64,000 nucleotides of DNA from Verrucomicrobiales bacterium. Lineage in GTDB: Bacteria; Verrucomicrobiota; Verrucomicrobiia; Verrucomicrobiales; DEV007. Made by a program: the position numbers and the translations under genes. Within the stretch, counting starts at the first letter, position 1. Each line of letters starts with the position of its first letter. The DNA lies in contig JAGPCC010000002.1 in NCBI GenBank assembly GCA_018058245.1, positions 2,643-66,642 of the forward strand, written 5' to 3'. Under the pieces are notes generated by a model. The model was not told where the DNA came from. It searched no databases and worked only from the letters and a program-made list of their open reading frames with translations. Below, in pieces: positions 56,638 to 64,000 of the stretch.

Positions 56638-57933
56638 TTAGGATTCTAGCTTCCATGAGAGACCGATTTCTTTTTCATCTGGAAGATCGGGCCTCGGCGG
56701 TTTTTTGACATCGGAGGAAGTCAAACCTGGAACGGGATCCATTCCGATCAGTTCCCCGGAGTATAGATTCTCCCGCCAATGAATGCCAACGGGAGCCCGC
56801 ACCATCCTCACAGCGGGACCGCCCTCACGTGCGAAGATAAAATTTTCTTCCAGCCGACAATCGAGAGGAGCGAGCGTGGCGTCGTTGACATCGTTGTACC
56901 CGATCAGAAGGCTCTCTTTGCAATTTACGATGACATTCCCGACCACTGAGGCGCGCTTTACCTGCAAATATCCATTTTCAGGGCTGTTCGGGATGCCATT
57001 GATCAGTGCGATGGCGCTGCGGAAGTCGTCGCCTTCCAATTCCTCGAAGTAGTTCTTCAGGACCCGGTGGTCCTCACCGATGATGCGCACACCGCCGGTA
57101 CCTCGCCGCCCTGCCCCGAGGAAAAAATTCCCTTCGACGAGGCAGTTGTTTCCGTGGCGCAAGGTAAGCGTGCCCTGGACTTCCCTGAAAAGATTGCCCC
57201 GGTAGGTATTGCCGCAGGATTTATTGGAAATGCATTCCGCCTCGCCATCACAATGAAAAAAGCGGTTCCCCTCGATAAGGCACTGTGCGTTCCTCATCGA
57301 ACTTCCACTGTCTCCAACCCGGATCGTTTCCCCTCCATTGCTTCCGAGGCGAGGTCGCTCGCCGAAATCGTTTTGCAAGATCCGATGGTTCCCGAGGTCT
57401 TCATCACCGAGCCAAACGACAAGCGTCGCCCCTTTGTTCTTTTTCCCCACGATTCGACAATGGTCGACTTGGTTGTCACTCCCAAAGAGTCCAATCCAAC
57501 GATTTTCTTTCTCCACCACCTCAAACTCGGGTGCTTCAGAAAAAAGGCACTCCGTGACCCGGCAGTGCCTCGCGCGTCGCTTCGAATCAATCCGGAACTC
57601 CAACCAATCGGAATTTTTCCCCGAGAGATTCTCCATCTGGATTCCACTCAAGATGAGATGCACCCCACCCAAGCGTACTCGGGAAGCACCGGTGATCACC
57701 GTCTTACCGGGGACTGCAGCCCGGATCGTGATAGGATTCTCGGCCGTTCCCTCACCGTCCAGGCGGAGATCGACGTCTTTCCACGTCCCCTCTCGGAGTA
57801 CGATAACATCGCCCGGTTTTGCGTCCCGCACTGCCTTCCTCGCGCTCTCGGCATCACCGACAGGGTATTCCACTGCGGAAGCAGTCGTCACCAAAAATGT
57901 GGAAAGGAAAAAACAGTAGAACAGCGTTCGCAT
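56638..57933 (-). CDS. Polysaccharide lyase family 6 (chondroitinase-B / alginate lyase fold), secreted
   Basis: PGDVIVL..G.W, SNGGETIRVG, EAECISNKS, GTLTLRHGN, GGVRIIGEDH. Confidence 0.88.
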   Translation of the reverse strand: MRTLFYCFFLSTFLVTTASAVEYPVGDAESARKAVRDAKPGDVIVLREGTWKDVDLRLDGEGTAENPITIRAAVPGKTVITGASRVRLGGVHLILSGIQMENLSGKNSDWLEFRIDSKRRARHCRVTECLFSEAPEFEVVEKENRWIGLFGSDNQVDHCRIVGKKNKGATLVVWLGDEDLGNHRILQNDFGERPRLGSNGGETIRVGDSGSSMRNAQCLIEGNRFFHCDGEAECISNKSCGNTYRGNLFREVQGTLTLRHGNNCLVEGNFFLGAGRRGTGGVRIIGEDHRVLKNYFEELEGDDFRSAIALINGIPNSPENGYLQVKRASVVGNVIVNCKESLLIGYNDVNDATLAPLDCRLEENFIFAREGGPAVRMVRAPVGIHWRENLYSGELIGMDPVPGLTSSDVKKPPRPDLPDEKEIGLSWKLES

Positions 57934-58101
57934 CGTCGATTTCAGGGTTTCCTTCTTACAAGGACACGAAGGGGGCGGTTTCGAAGGTTTTTGCATTCAA
58001 GACAAAAGTCCAGTCCATAAGGCAAAACTACGTTCGAATCGGGGTACTGGAGGGAAGAAGTGACGAGCGCTTTCCCGCGACATCAAAAGGGAGAGGCCCA
58101 C

Positions 58102-58140
58102 AAAAAACCCGGTTTTCCACTAGGGAACACCGGGCTTCTT
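58102..58140 (-). terminator. Intrinsic terminator for the 58159-58440 gene
   Basis: Minus strand CCCGGTGTTCC-CTAGT-GGAAAACCGGG followed by TTTTTT. Confidence 0.65.
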
Positions 58141-58158
58141 TCAGTCAATCAGTGGAAA

Positions 58159-58440
58159 TTACGCTTTTGCAGCTTTCACTTCTTCAGCCTTTTTGGTGTG
58201 TTTGTCGGTCGAAACTTCAATGTTCTTTCCGACAAGGTCTTCGATTTTGGCATCTTTGCCATCGGCATCCTTGATCGTGGCGGAAGCAGCAAGGGTGACC
58301 TTTTCTTCGCCGATTGTGAGAACTTTCTTTTCTGCGTCATACGCAGAGAGTTTTCCGTTTACGGCTACTTTCACACCGCATCCGGCGTAGAGGGAACCGG
58401 ACATTGCGATGACAGCGAGGATTGAGAATAGTTTTTTCAT
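58159..58440 (-). CDS. Small secreted beta-rich hypothetical protein (OB-fold / DUF5666-like)
   Basis: MKKLFSILAV signal peptide, followed by V.GKLSAYDAEKKVLTI. Confidence 0.6.
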   Translation of the reverse strand: MKKLFSILAVIAMSGSLYAGCGVKVAVNGKLSAYDAEKKVLTIGEEKVTLAASATIKDADGKDAKIEDLVGKNIEVSTDKHTKKAEEVKAAKA

Positions 58441-58543
58441 AGTATTTTGTCTTTTCAATTGGTAAGTATGCACCTGAATATTGCTCAGAAAACTTCGAAG
58501 ACCGCAAGGTAAAATTGATTTCTTTTTTCCGACTCCCTTTGTC

Positions 58544-59740
58544 ATGTCCATCCCCCGCCGCACCGCGTTTCCTCTGCTTCTTCTTTCCCTCGTATTCTCA
58601 ACAGGCATCCTCCAGGCCCATCCCGTTCCGGATCTGCCTGTGCGTTCCCATTTCCATCGGGACGGCAATGTGGAGGTCCGCGTCGAGGTGGACCCGCGGT
58701 CATTTACCCGGAACCCCGCCGAGCATGACTACATGGTGAAATCCGCCGTGGACGCCCTGCCGCCGGAGGAATTGCCCAAGCTGAGCGAAAAAGCAAATCG
58801 CTTTGTGGCCTCCCGTCTGAAGTTCCACTTCGAACCGCTCGGCGAAGTGATACCGGTTTTTACCTGGGAGTTTCAAAAGCTGGGCGATGAAGGTCCACTC
58901 GAAAAGGCCGACGACTCATCCGTCCTCGTGGGGTCCTGGAAGACCACCCTCCCTGGCGGACTCTCTGGATACCGCTTGCAATCACTGAAGTTGAGCGATC
59001 CCGACGCCATTCCGATGAATGTCGTTTTTCTCAATTTTTTCAACGACGAACAGGTCGAGCGCTATGCCGTATTGTTCCCGGGAGAGACAAGTTTTCTTCT
59101 CGACCTCACCGGACTCGCCGCCCCGACTCCGGCACTCACGACGAGCCACGATGCGGTTCAGGTCCACGCCGCTTCGGCAGACTGGTGGGCGGTATTCCGC
59201 TCCGAGATCAAACGCGGATTTCTCCACGTCATTCCGCTCGGGTGGGATCACGTTCTTTTTGTCCTCGGGCTCTTTCTCATGAGCCGAAAATGGAAGCCCC
59301 TCCTTTTTCAAGTTAGCACGTTCACGCTCGCCCACACCCTCACGCTCTGGATCGCATCGGCCGGCTGGGTCTCGATCAGCCCCAAAGTGATCGAACCGGT
59401 CATCGCTTTCAGCATCGTCGCGGTCGCGCTGGAAAATTTGATCCGGCGAGAATACAGCCATTGGCGTCTCCTCATCGTCTTTGTTTTCGGGCTCATCCAT
59501 GGTCTCGGATTCGCTGGAGTGATGTCTACCCGCCTCGATTCGACCACCTCTCTCGTGGTGGGACTACTCGGTATCAATATCGGAGTGGAACTCGGCCAGC
59601 TCGCGATCATCACGATCGCATTTGTCGCAACCTTCTGGATCACCAGCGCCGAAAACTACCGGAAATTTGTGGTCGTACCCGGATCTATCCTCATTGCCCT
59701 CGCCGGAATCTTCTGGGTCGTGGAGCGAACCCTCCTCTGA
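58544..59740 (+). CDS. HupE/UreJ-family membrane protein with periplasmic N-terminal domain
   Basis: GFLHVIPLGWDHVLF, FTLAHTLT, GLIHGLGFA, GVELGQ. Confidence 0.88.
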   Translation: MSIPRRTAFPLLLLSLVFSTGILQAHPVPDLPVRSHFHRDGNVEVRVEVDPRSFTRNPAEHDYMVKSAVDALPPEELPKLSEKANRFVASRLKFHFEPLGEVIPVFTWEFQKLGDEGPLEKADDSSVLVGSWKTTLPGGLSGYRLQSLKLSDPDAIPMNVVFLNFFNDEQVERYAVLFPGETSFLLDLTGLAAPTPALTTSHDAVQVHAASADWWAVFRSEIKRGFLHVIPLGWDHVLFVLGLFLMSRKWKPLLFQVSTFTLAHTLTLWIASAGWVSISPKVIEPVIAFSIVAVALENLIRREYSHWRLLIVFVFGLIHGLGFAGVMSTRLDSTTSLVVGLLGINIGVELGQLAIITIAFVATFWITSAENYRKFVVVPGSILIALAGIFWVVERTLL

Positions 59741-59881
59741 GGCAGCCGGAGTCCGATTCTTCGAGGGAGTAATCTCACCTGATCAACCCCGCAGGACTCT
59801 TTTCCTGCCAACTGCCCCGGCCGTGACAAATTCCCCTTCCCTGGTCTTGATTTATGCTACTTTTCCAGATCCTCCGATATC

Positions 59882-60145
59882 ATGGAAATCTCCAATAAAA
59901 CCAAAAAACCTCTCAGCGTTCCCCTCCCTGCCGGAAAAAAGCTTTTCCTGAGTCCGGGCAAGTCCGGGCAAATCACCGCGAAGGCAGCGGCAAGCCCCGC
60001 CGTAGTTGCGCTGGTGGAGGCAGGAGAGGTTGAAATTTCGGAGGAAGGAGCCAAACGCCAGAGCGGTGCTGGTTCCGGCAGCAGCGTTTCGAGTGCCCCT
60101 CGCCACGGCGGATCGGGAGCGATGCGACAGTCCGGGGACAAATAG
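59882..60145 (+). CDS. Small hypothetical protein
   Basis: 87-aa ORF with plausible coding composition (MEISNKTKKPLSVPLPAGKKLFL...), isolated between divergently and convergently oriented genes. Confidence 0.6.
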   Translation: MEISNKTKKPLSVPLPAGKKLFLSPGKSGQITAKAAASPAVVALVEAGEVEISEEGAKRQSGAGSGSSVSSAPRHGGSGAMRQSGDK

Positions 60146-60239
60146 ATCCCCGTTTCTACGCAGAGAGGGTGGGAAACGGGCCTTCGATTTCAGGGGAACA
60201 AACCGACCCAAGACAGCAACGAAGGCGACCGGTGCAGTT

Positions 60240-61136
60240 CTACTCGCTTTCGTGGGAAATCCGGGACTCCATTTCCCGGAACAAGCCTGTGGAATCGAAT
60301 TCCCTCGCCGCAATCGCTTGGTCGATATGGGCTGTCGTCCGCGCCCCGATCAGCACCGTTTGAATCCCCGGCTGATGCATGGCCCACGATAAGGCAAGGT
60401 GAGACGGTGAATGGCCACTCTCTCGGGCCAACGACTCCAGTCGAGCGAGCCTGTCCTGAGACACCTTCTGAAAATAGACATCCTGATGGCCGGGGATGAG
60501 ATCGAATCTCGAACCCGGTGCGACGCCATTCCGATGTTTCCCGGTGAGAAAACCGGCTCCGAGAGGACTGTAAGTGACCACATCGATCTCCTGACTTTCA
60601 CAAAAGGTGCGGTATTCGAAATCCACATCGCTAACCGCGTAGTTGAAATTATTTTGCAGCACGCTGAATCGTCTCAGACCGAATCGGTCCTGAACCGAGA
60701 GAGCTTGCTCCAACTCGTTTCGATGAAAATTGCTCACCCCGATGGCTTTCACCCGTCCCCCCGTGACCTCGCGATCCAGCGCAGTGAGGAAGTCCACGCT
60801 GGCAGCCGTCTCATCCCACTGGTGAAGATAGAGCAGATCGAGCGCCGCTACGCCCAGCCGCGACAAACTTCCCGCAACCACCTCCGAAACCCGGGCCGGA
60901 GTGAACGGTGGTTGAAACTTGGTAGCAATCCTCAGACTCTCCAAGTCCGGTCGGCGGGAAACGAGCCAGTTTCCGATAATCGTTTCCGAGGCACCATGAG
61001 CATACGCCGCAGCCGTATCAAAGAAAGTGATCCCGCCTGCAACCGCATAGTCGAGCAACTCAAAGGACGCCTCCTCGGTGATCTCCCGGCCAAAAGTGAC
61101 GCACCCAAGCCCTATGTTACTCGTATCCATTTTCAT
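60240..61136 (-). CDS. Aldo/keto reductase
   Basis: IGLGCVTFG, FDTAAAY, SETIIG, DLLYLH, IGVSNF, YSPLGAGFLTGK. Confidence 0.92.
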   Translation of the reverse strand: MKMDTSNIGLGCVTFGREITEEASFELLDYAVAGGITFFDTAAAYAHGASETIIGNWLVSRRPDLESLRIATKFQPPFTPARVSEVVAGSLSRLGVAALDLLYLHQWDETAASVDFLTALDREVTGGRVKAIGVSNFHRNELEQALSVQDRFGLRRFSVLQNNFNYAVSDVDFEYRTFCESQEIDVVTYSPLGAGFLTGKHRNGVAPGSRFDLIPGHQDVYFQKVSQDRLARLESLARESGHSPSHLALSWAMHQPGIQTVLIGARTTAHIDQAIAAREFDSTGLFREMESRISHESE

Positions 61137-61205
61137 CCTTAGAAACACAGTTCTCGATCAGAGGCAACCCGAAAACGGGGGTCAGTCCTAGAATTTAGAA
61201 TTTTG

Positions 61206-61952
61206 TCCATCGCCTTTCCCATGACTGTTCCTTCTTCGGTTTGGTCTTTACATCCTTTTCTCGATACTGCCTTACTCGCGCTCTTGAGGTGAAGTCGATC
61301 AGCGATCCAGTCCTGACGCGCCGTCGTGCGCTCGCAGATCGCCCAGGCAATCGCCACCTTGCGCCAGTCGCCTTTGGGCGTCCTCCGTAGAGATATATCA
61401 TCAATATGGAAGTGTTTGAGTCCCTCGGTGAGATAGTCCCGTTGCCAGCGCAGACGGTGGCCGATGCCACTCAGATTGCCTTCAATGAGGTTGGCCTTAT
61501 AACGACCACCAAAGAGGTGACCCCAGAGTCGGTTTCGTGCGTTGATCCGCCGGGTGATGGAAAGCCACGCCGCGCCAGTGGCATGGGTATGGCAATCGGC
61601 GGAGGAGCCGATTGGAAAAGGCTTGGACGGAGCGGAGCGAGTCAATTCTGGAACCAGGTCATCCCCTCAACCAAGTTCGCCTTCGGCGTTTCAAGTACCC
61701 AGTGGTAGTGGTTACCCATCAGCACCCACGCGTACGTCTTGAACTTCGAAAGGTCGCACGCCTCGGCAAGGGTCTCAGCGGAAACTTCACGGTCGGAGTC
61801 GGAATGGACGATCTCCTGACGGCAACGCCGAGCCGCGATCAGCGGCACAGAAAATGCGAAGCGGAACCGTGTAGGCGGCTTCGCAGCCAATTGCCACGCG
61901 CCATGACGTGGTAGACCGCACCCTCATATTCGATCCGTGGCTCTCAGGGCAT
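61206..61952 (-). pseudogene. REP-associated tyrosine transposase (Y1/HUH) pseudogene
   Basis: MP*EPRIEYEGAVYHVMARGN, then after an insertion RQEIVH...AWVLMGNHYH (HUH), then in another frame GHLFGGRYKA and KGDWRKVAIAW; has a nonsense codon, frameshifts and an internal deletion. Confidence 0.85.
61871..61888 (+). repeat. GTAG-type REP-like palindrome
   Basis: GTAG followed by GCGGCTTCGCAGCC; imperfect hairpin GGCGGC/GCAGCC. Confidence 0.55.
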
Positions 61953-62134
61953 ACAGCGATAGCAGTTATGCTGCCGGAGGGAGTCAAATTCTAAATTCAG
62001 GGCTGACCCCAATTACACATTCGTAGATAGAGGATTTGCGGTAGGCGGTGAGGGTGGTGTTTGGGCGAAAAACCTTCCCGTAAGTCTCTCAACTTACCAA
62101 GAAATCCTCTAACGTTTCCACAATCCCTCTTTGT

Positions 62135-62170
62135 TCAGGGATCCAACTCAGGGATCCAACTCAGGGATCC
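62135..62170. repeat. 13-bp tandem repeat (TCAGGGATCCAAC)x2.8 spanning a stop codon
   Basis: Read directly; the stop of the 62148-63647 gene lies in the second unit. Confidence 0.85.
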
Positions 62171-63647
62171 GATTGAGGGTGTAGTAGGCGTTCGGAAACG
62201 CAAGCGCCTCGCCGCCAGTGGATCGAATCCCGGAAGTGCGCAGTTCATGAACGAAGAGTGGTCGCAGTCCCTCGACAAACAAACGGACGGTCCGGCCCTC
62301 CTTTCCCTGCTCGATTTTCGTGATTTTGAGAGTCTCGGTTTCGATCTCCTCTCCGCCGTAGGCAGAGGAGTAAAAGTAGGTGTAGCTACTCATTTCAAAG
62401 GCATCCTTCAGCGTCGCCAGATCTACCGCTTCCGTGAACTGCAGCTCGAACCCGTCAGGTTTTGCTCGCATCTCCTGAATCGCAAACGGAGTCACCCCGT
62501 TGTAATTCACGCGGGATAGCCCGTAGGCCCGGTTCCCGAGGGACGACCAGCCGCGGTTGGTCATCCCGACAAAAAGCGACCCATCGGGAGAAAATGCCAA
62601 TCGGACAACCGCCGCAGGGAAACCCTCCAGAAAAGGAAAACAAGCCCCCTGATACTCCCCACCGACTTTTTCCAAAAAGACCCGGTTGATCGCCGAGTTC
62701 GTGAACTCCCCTACGAGGAGTTGGCCGTCAAAAGGACCGAACTTGCCATTTTGATCGATCAGTTGAATGTCCGTCGCGCTTCGCCCCATCTTGTTGTAGG
62801 GCAACCATACCGCCGGTGGGACAAACTCGCTCGAACTGGCGAGGGCGTCTGGATACCGGATCGATGCTTTCGGAATGTCCTTCATTTCAAAGGGCGATCC
62901 CGGCTCCTGGAGTGAGGCAAGGGACTCCTGATTTCCATAAAAAACTCCGGGCCGGAGGTGGTAAATCGGCGTCGCGGGAATCCAGGTTCCCTGTTGGTCA
63001 GAGAAAAACATGTCCCCCTCCCGATTGGCACCGAGTCCACAGGGCGAGCGCATTCCGAGCGATTTCGGCAAAAATTTTCCATCGCGGCCTATGATGCCAC
63101 CCCAACCTCGCCACCCTTTTCCATTGTCTGACAATTCCCCCATCCCCAGATTCAGCGTCACCCAGAGGTTCCCGGCACCATCCCGTTCCGGCCCATAGGT
63201 GTAGGCATGGTAGTTCCCCGTGACCTGCCATCCATCCGCCTCGGTCAGATACGCGTCAGCGACTCCGTCTTTATCCCGGTCCTGTAGTCGGGTGATTTCC
63301 GAACGCTGCGCGACGAGGAGATCGTCCCCATCCTGCATCAATCCCAGCGGTTCGTGCAAGCCGGATGCAAAAAGCGAATATTGGATCTTCGCCGGATCGG
63401 TGGAGAGAACATTGTCCAGAATCCAAACCTCCCCCTTCCGGATGGAAACGGCGAGTTTCCCCGTAGTGAGCCAAGCCATCCCGCTCACTTCGAGGTTCAG
63501 GCCGTCGGACGGTTTCCAATCCTTGGACCGGGAGTCGGTTGCAGAACTTGCCGCGAGCAACTCCAGTACTTTGTAGGAAGGTTTTTCACCAGCGACGAGG
63601 CTCGTGCCTAGCAGAACCACCATTATCGATGCAAAAAGTGGTTTCAT
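62148..63647 (-). CDS. Secreted beta-propeller protein (PQQ/sorbosone-dehydrogenase-like, DUF7133-type)
   Basis: Signal peptide, FASGLHEPLGL, GNYHAYTYG, GMRSPCGLG, YYTLNRIP; ATG overlaps the upstream stop (ATGA). Confidence 0.75.
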   Translation of the reverse strand: MKPLFASIMVVLLGTSLVAGEKPSYKVLELLAASSATDSRSKDWKPSDGLNLEVSGMAWLTTGKLAVSIRKGEVWILDNVLSTDPAKIQYSLFASGLHEPLGLMQDGDDLLVAQRSEITRLQDRDKDGVADAYLTEADGWQVTGNYHAYTYGPERDGAGNLWVTLNLGMGELSDNGKGWRGWGGIIGRDGKFLPKSLGMRSPCGLGANREGDMFFSDQQGTWIPATPIYHLRPGVFYGNQESLASLQEPGSPFEMKDIPKASIRYPDALASSSEFVPPAVWLPYNKMGRSATDIQLIDQNGKFGPFDGQLLVGEFTNSAINRVFLEKVGGEYQGACFPFLEGFPAAVVRLAFSPDGSLFVGMTNRGWSSLGNRAYGLSRVNYNGVTPFAIQEMRAKPDGFELQFTEAVDLATLKDAFEMSSYTYFYSSAYGGEEIETETLKITKIEQGKEGRTVRLFVEGLRPLFVHELRTSGIRSTGGEALAFPNAYYTLNRIPELDP

Positions 63648-64000
63648 TTCCATGAGTAGACAATTGTCAGAATTCCTTCTCCGCTTTTCTCTTCCTTTTG
63701 AACGCCAGCCGGATGAGCGATCTCCGGCTTCGCGCCGCCGCTCCAAGTGACCGTTCGCACCAGTGTCTCCCCGATGACTGCGTAGTGTTCCTTCACCTCG
63801 CGTTCCCCCTCCTTCAGGAGGAAAGTCGGATTCCCCGACGCATCGAGTTCATATCCACGAAAGGTGCCGCGAGGCCCGGACTCCGGAAACGCGTAGACCT
63901 CGTCACTGAGTGGCTTTTCAAACGGAGCAAAACGGGAGAACCAGGTATTGTAGGCATCAAAAAAGGCACCGCGCCAGACTAGAGCCGGGTATCCGCTACT
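63644..64000 (-). CDS. 3' end of an upstream gene (not in the ORF track; start lies outside the window)
   Basis: Open frame from the window end: SSGYPALVWRGAFFDAYNTW...FRGYELDASGNPTF...ILTIVYSWK*. Confidence 0.7.
   Translation of the reverse strand, partial: SSGYPALVWRGAFFDAYNTWFSRFAPFEKPLSDEVYAFPESGPRGTFRGYELDASGNPTFLLKEGEREVKEHYAVIGETLVRTVTWSGGAKPEIAHPAGVQKEEKSGEGILTIVYSWK

Larger units (their letters stand above)
61178..62010. mobile_element. Decayed TIR-flanked tyrosine-transposase (RAYT/TIRYT-type) element
   Basis: Left GGGGTCAGTCCTAGAATTTAGAATTTTG (61178-61205); the right end reverse-complements to GGGGTCAGCCCTGAATTTAGAATTTG (61985-62010); transposase remnants lie between. Confidence 0.78.

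Noticed and set aside
63698-63982. Plus-strand 94-aa ORF at the window end
   Set aside because: The minus strand has an uninterrupted frame ending in ATGA coupled to the next gene, which is the better call.

Overview
A 64-kb window of bacterial chromosome. PEP-CTERM passenger protein, DUF1501/PSD1 pair and MoxR-DUF58-BatA/VWA cluster point to a Verrucomicrobiota/PVC organism (inference). In order: (i) a phosphate-starvation cluster: pstSCAB-phoU, convergent phoBR, and a GT4 + PlcP-like phosphoesterase + glycoside-hydrolase-like operon; a shared 18-bp motif lies upstream of pstC, phoB and the GT4. (ii) Housekeeping genes, including an RsmA-NUDIX fusion and a mini-kinase-PP2C fusion, with purB bracketed by heptamer/octamer tandem arrays. 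(iii) A ~11-kb defence island: Fic, then a leader with convergent promoters and a candidate antisense sRNA, then a type I R-M operon with two half-size HsdS genes and a SIR2-like gene embedded between hsdS and hsdR, then an M48 peptidase. (iv) Envelope, lipid and PVC-type secreted proteins. (v) A decayed TIR-flanked RAYT-type (TIRYT) element that carries a GTAG REP-like insertion. The best candidate for an undescribed system is the SIR2-armed, split-HsdS type I R-M island with its antisense-RNA leader. No rRNA, tRNA or CRISPR array was recognised. All family assignments come from motif recognition by eye; no database search was run.
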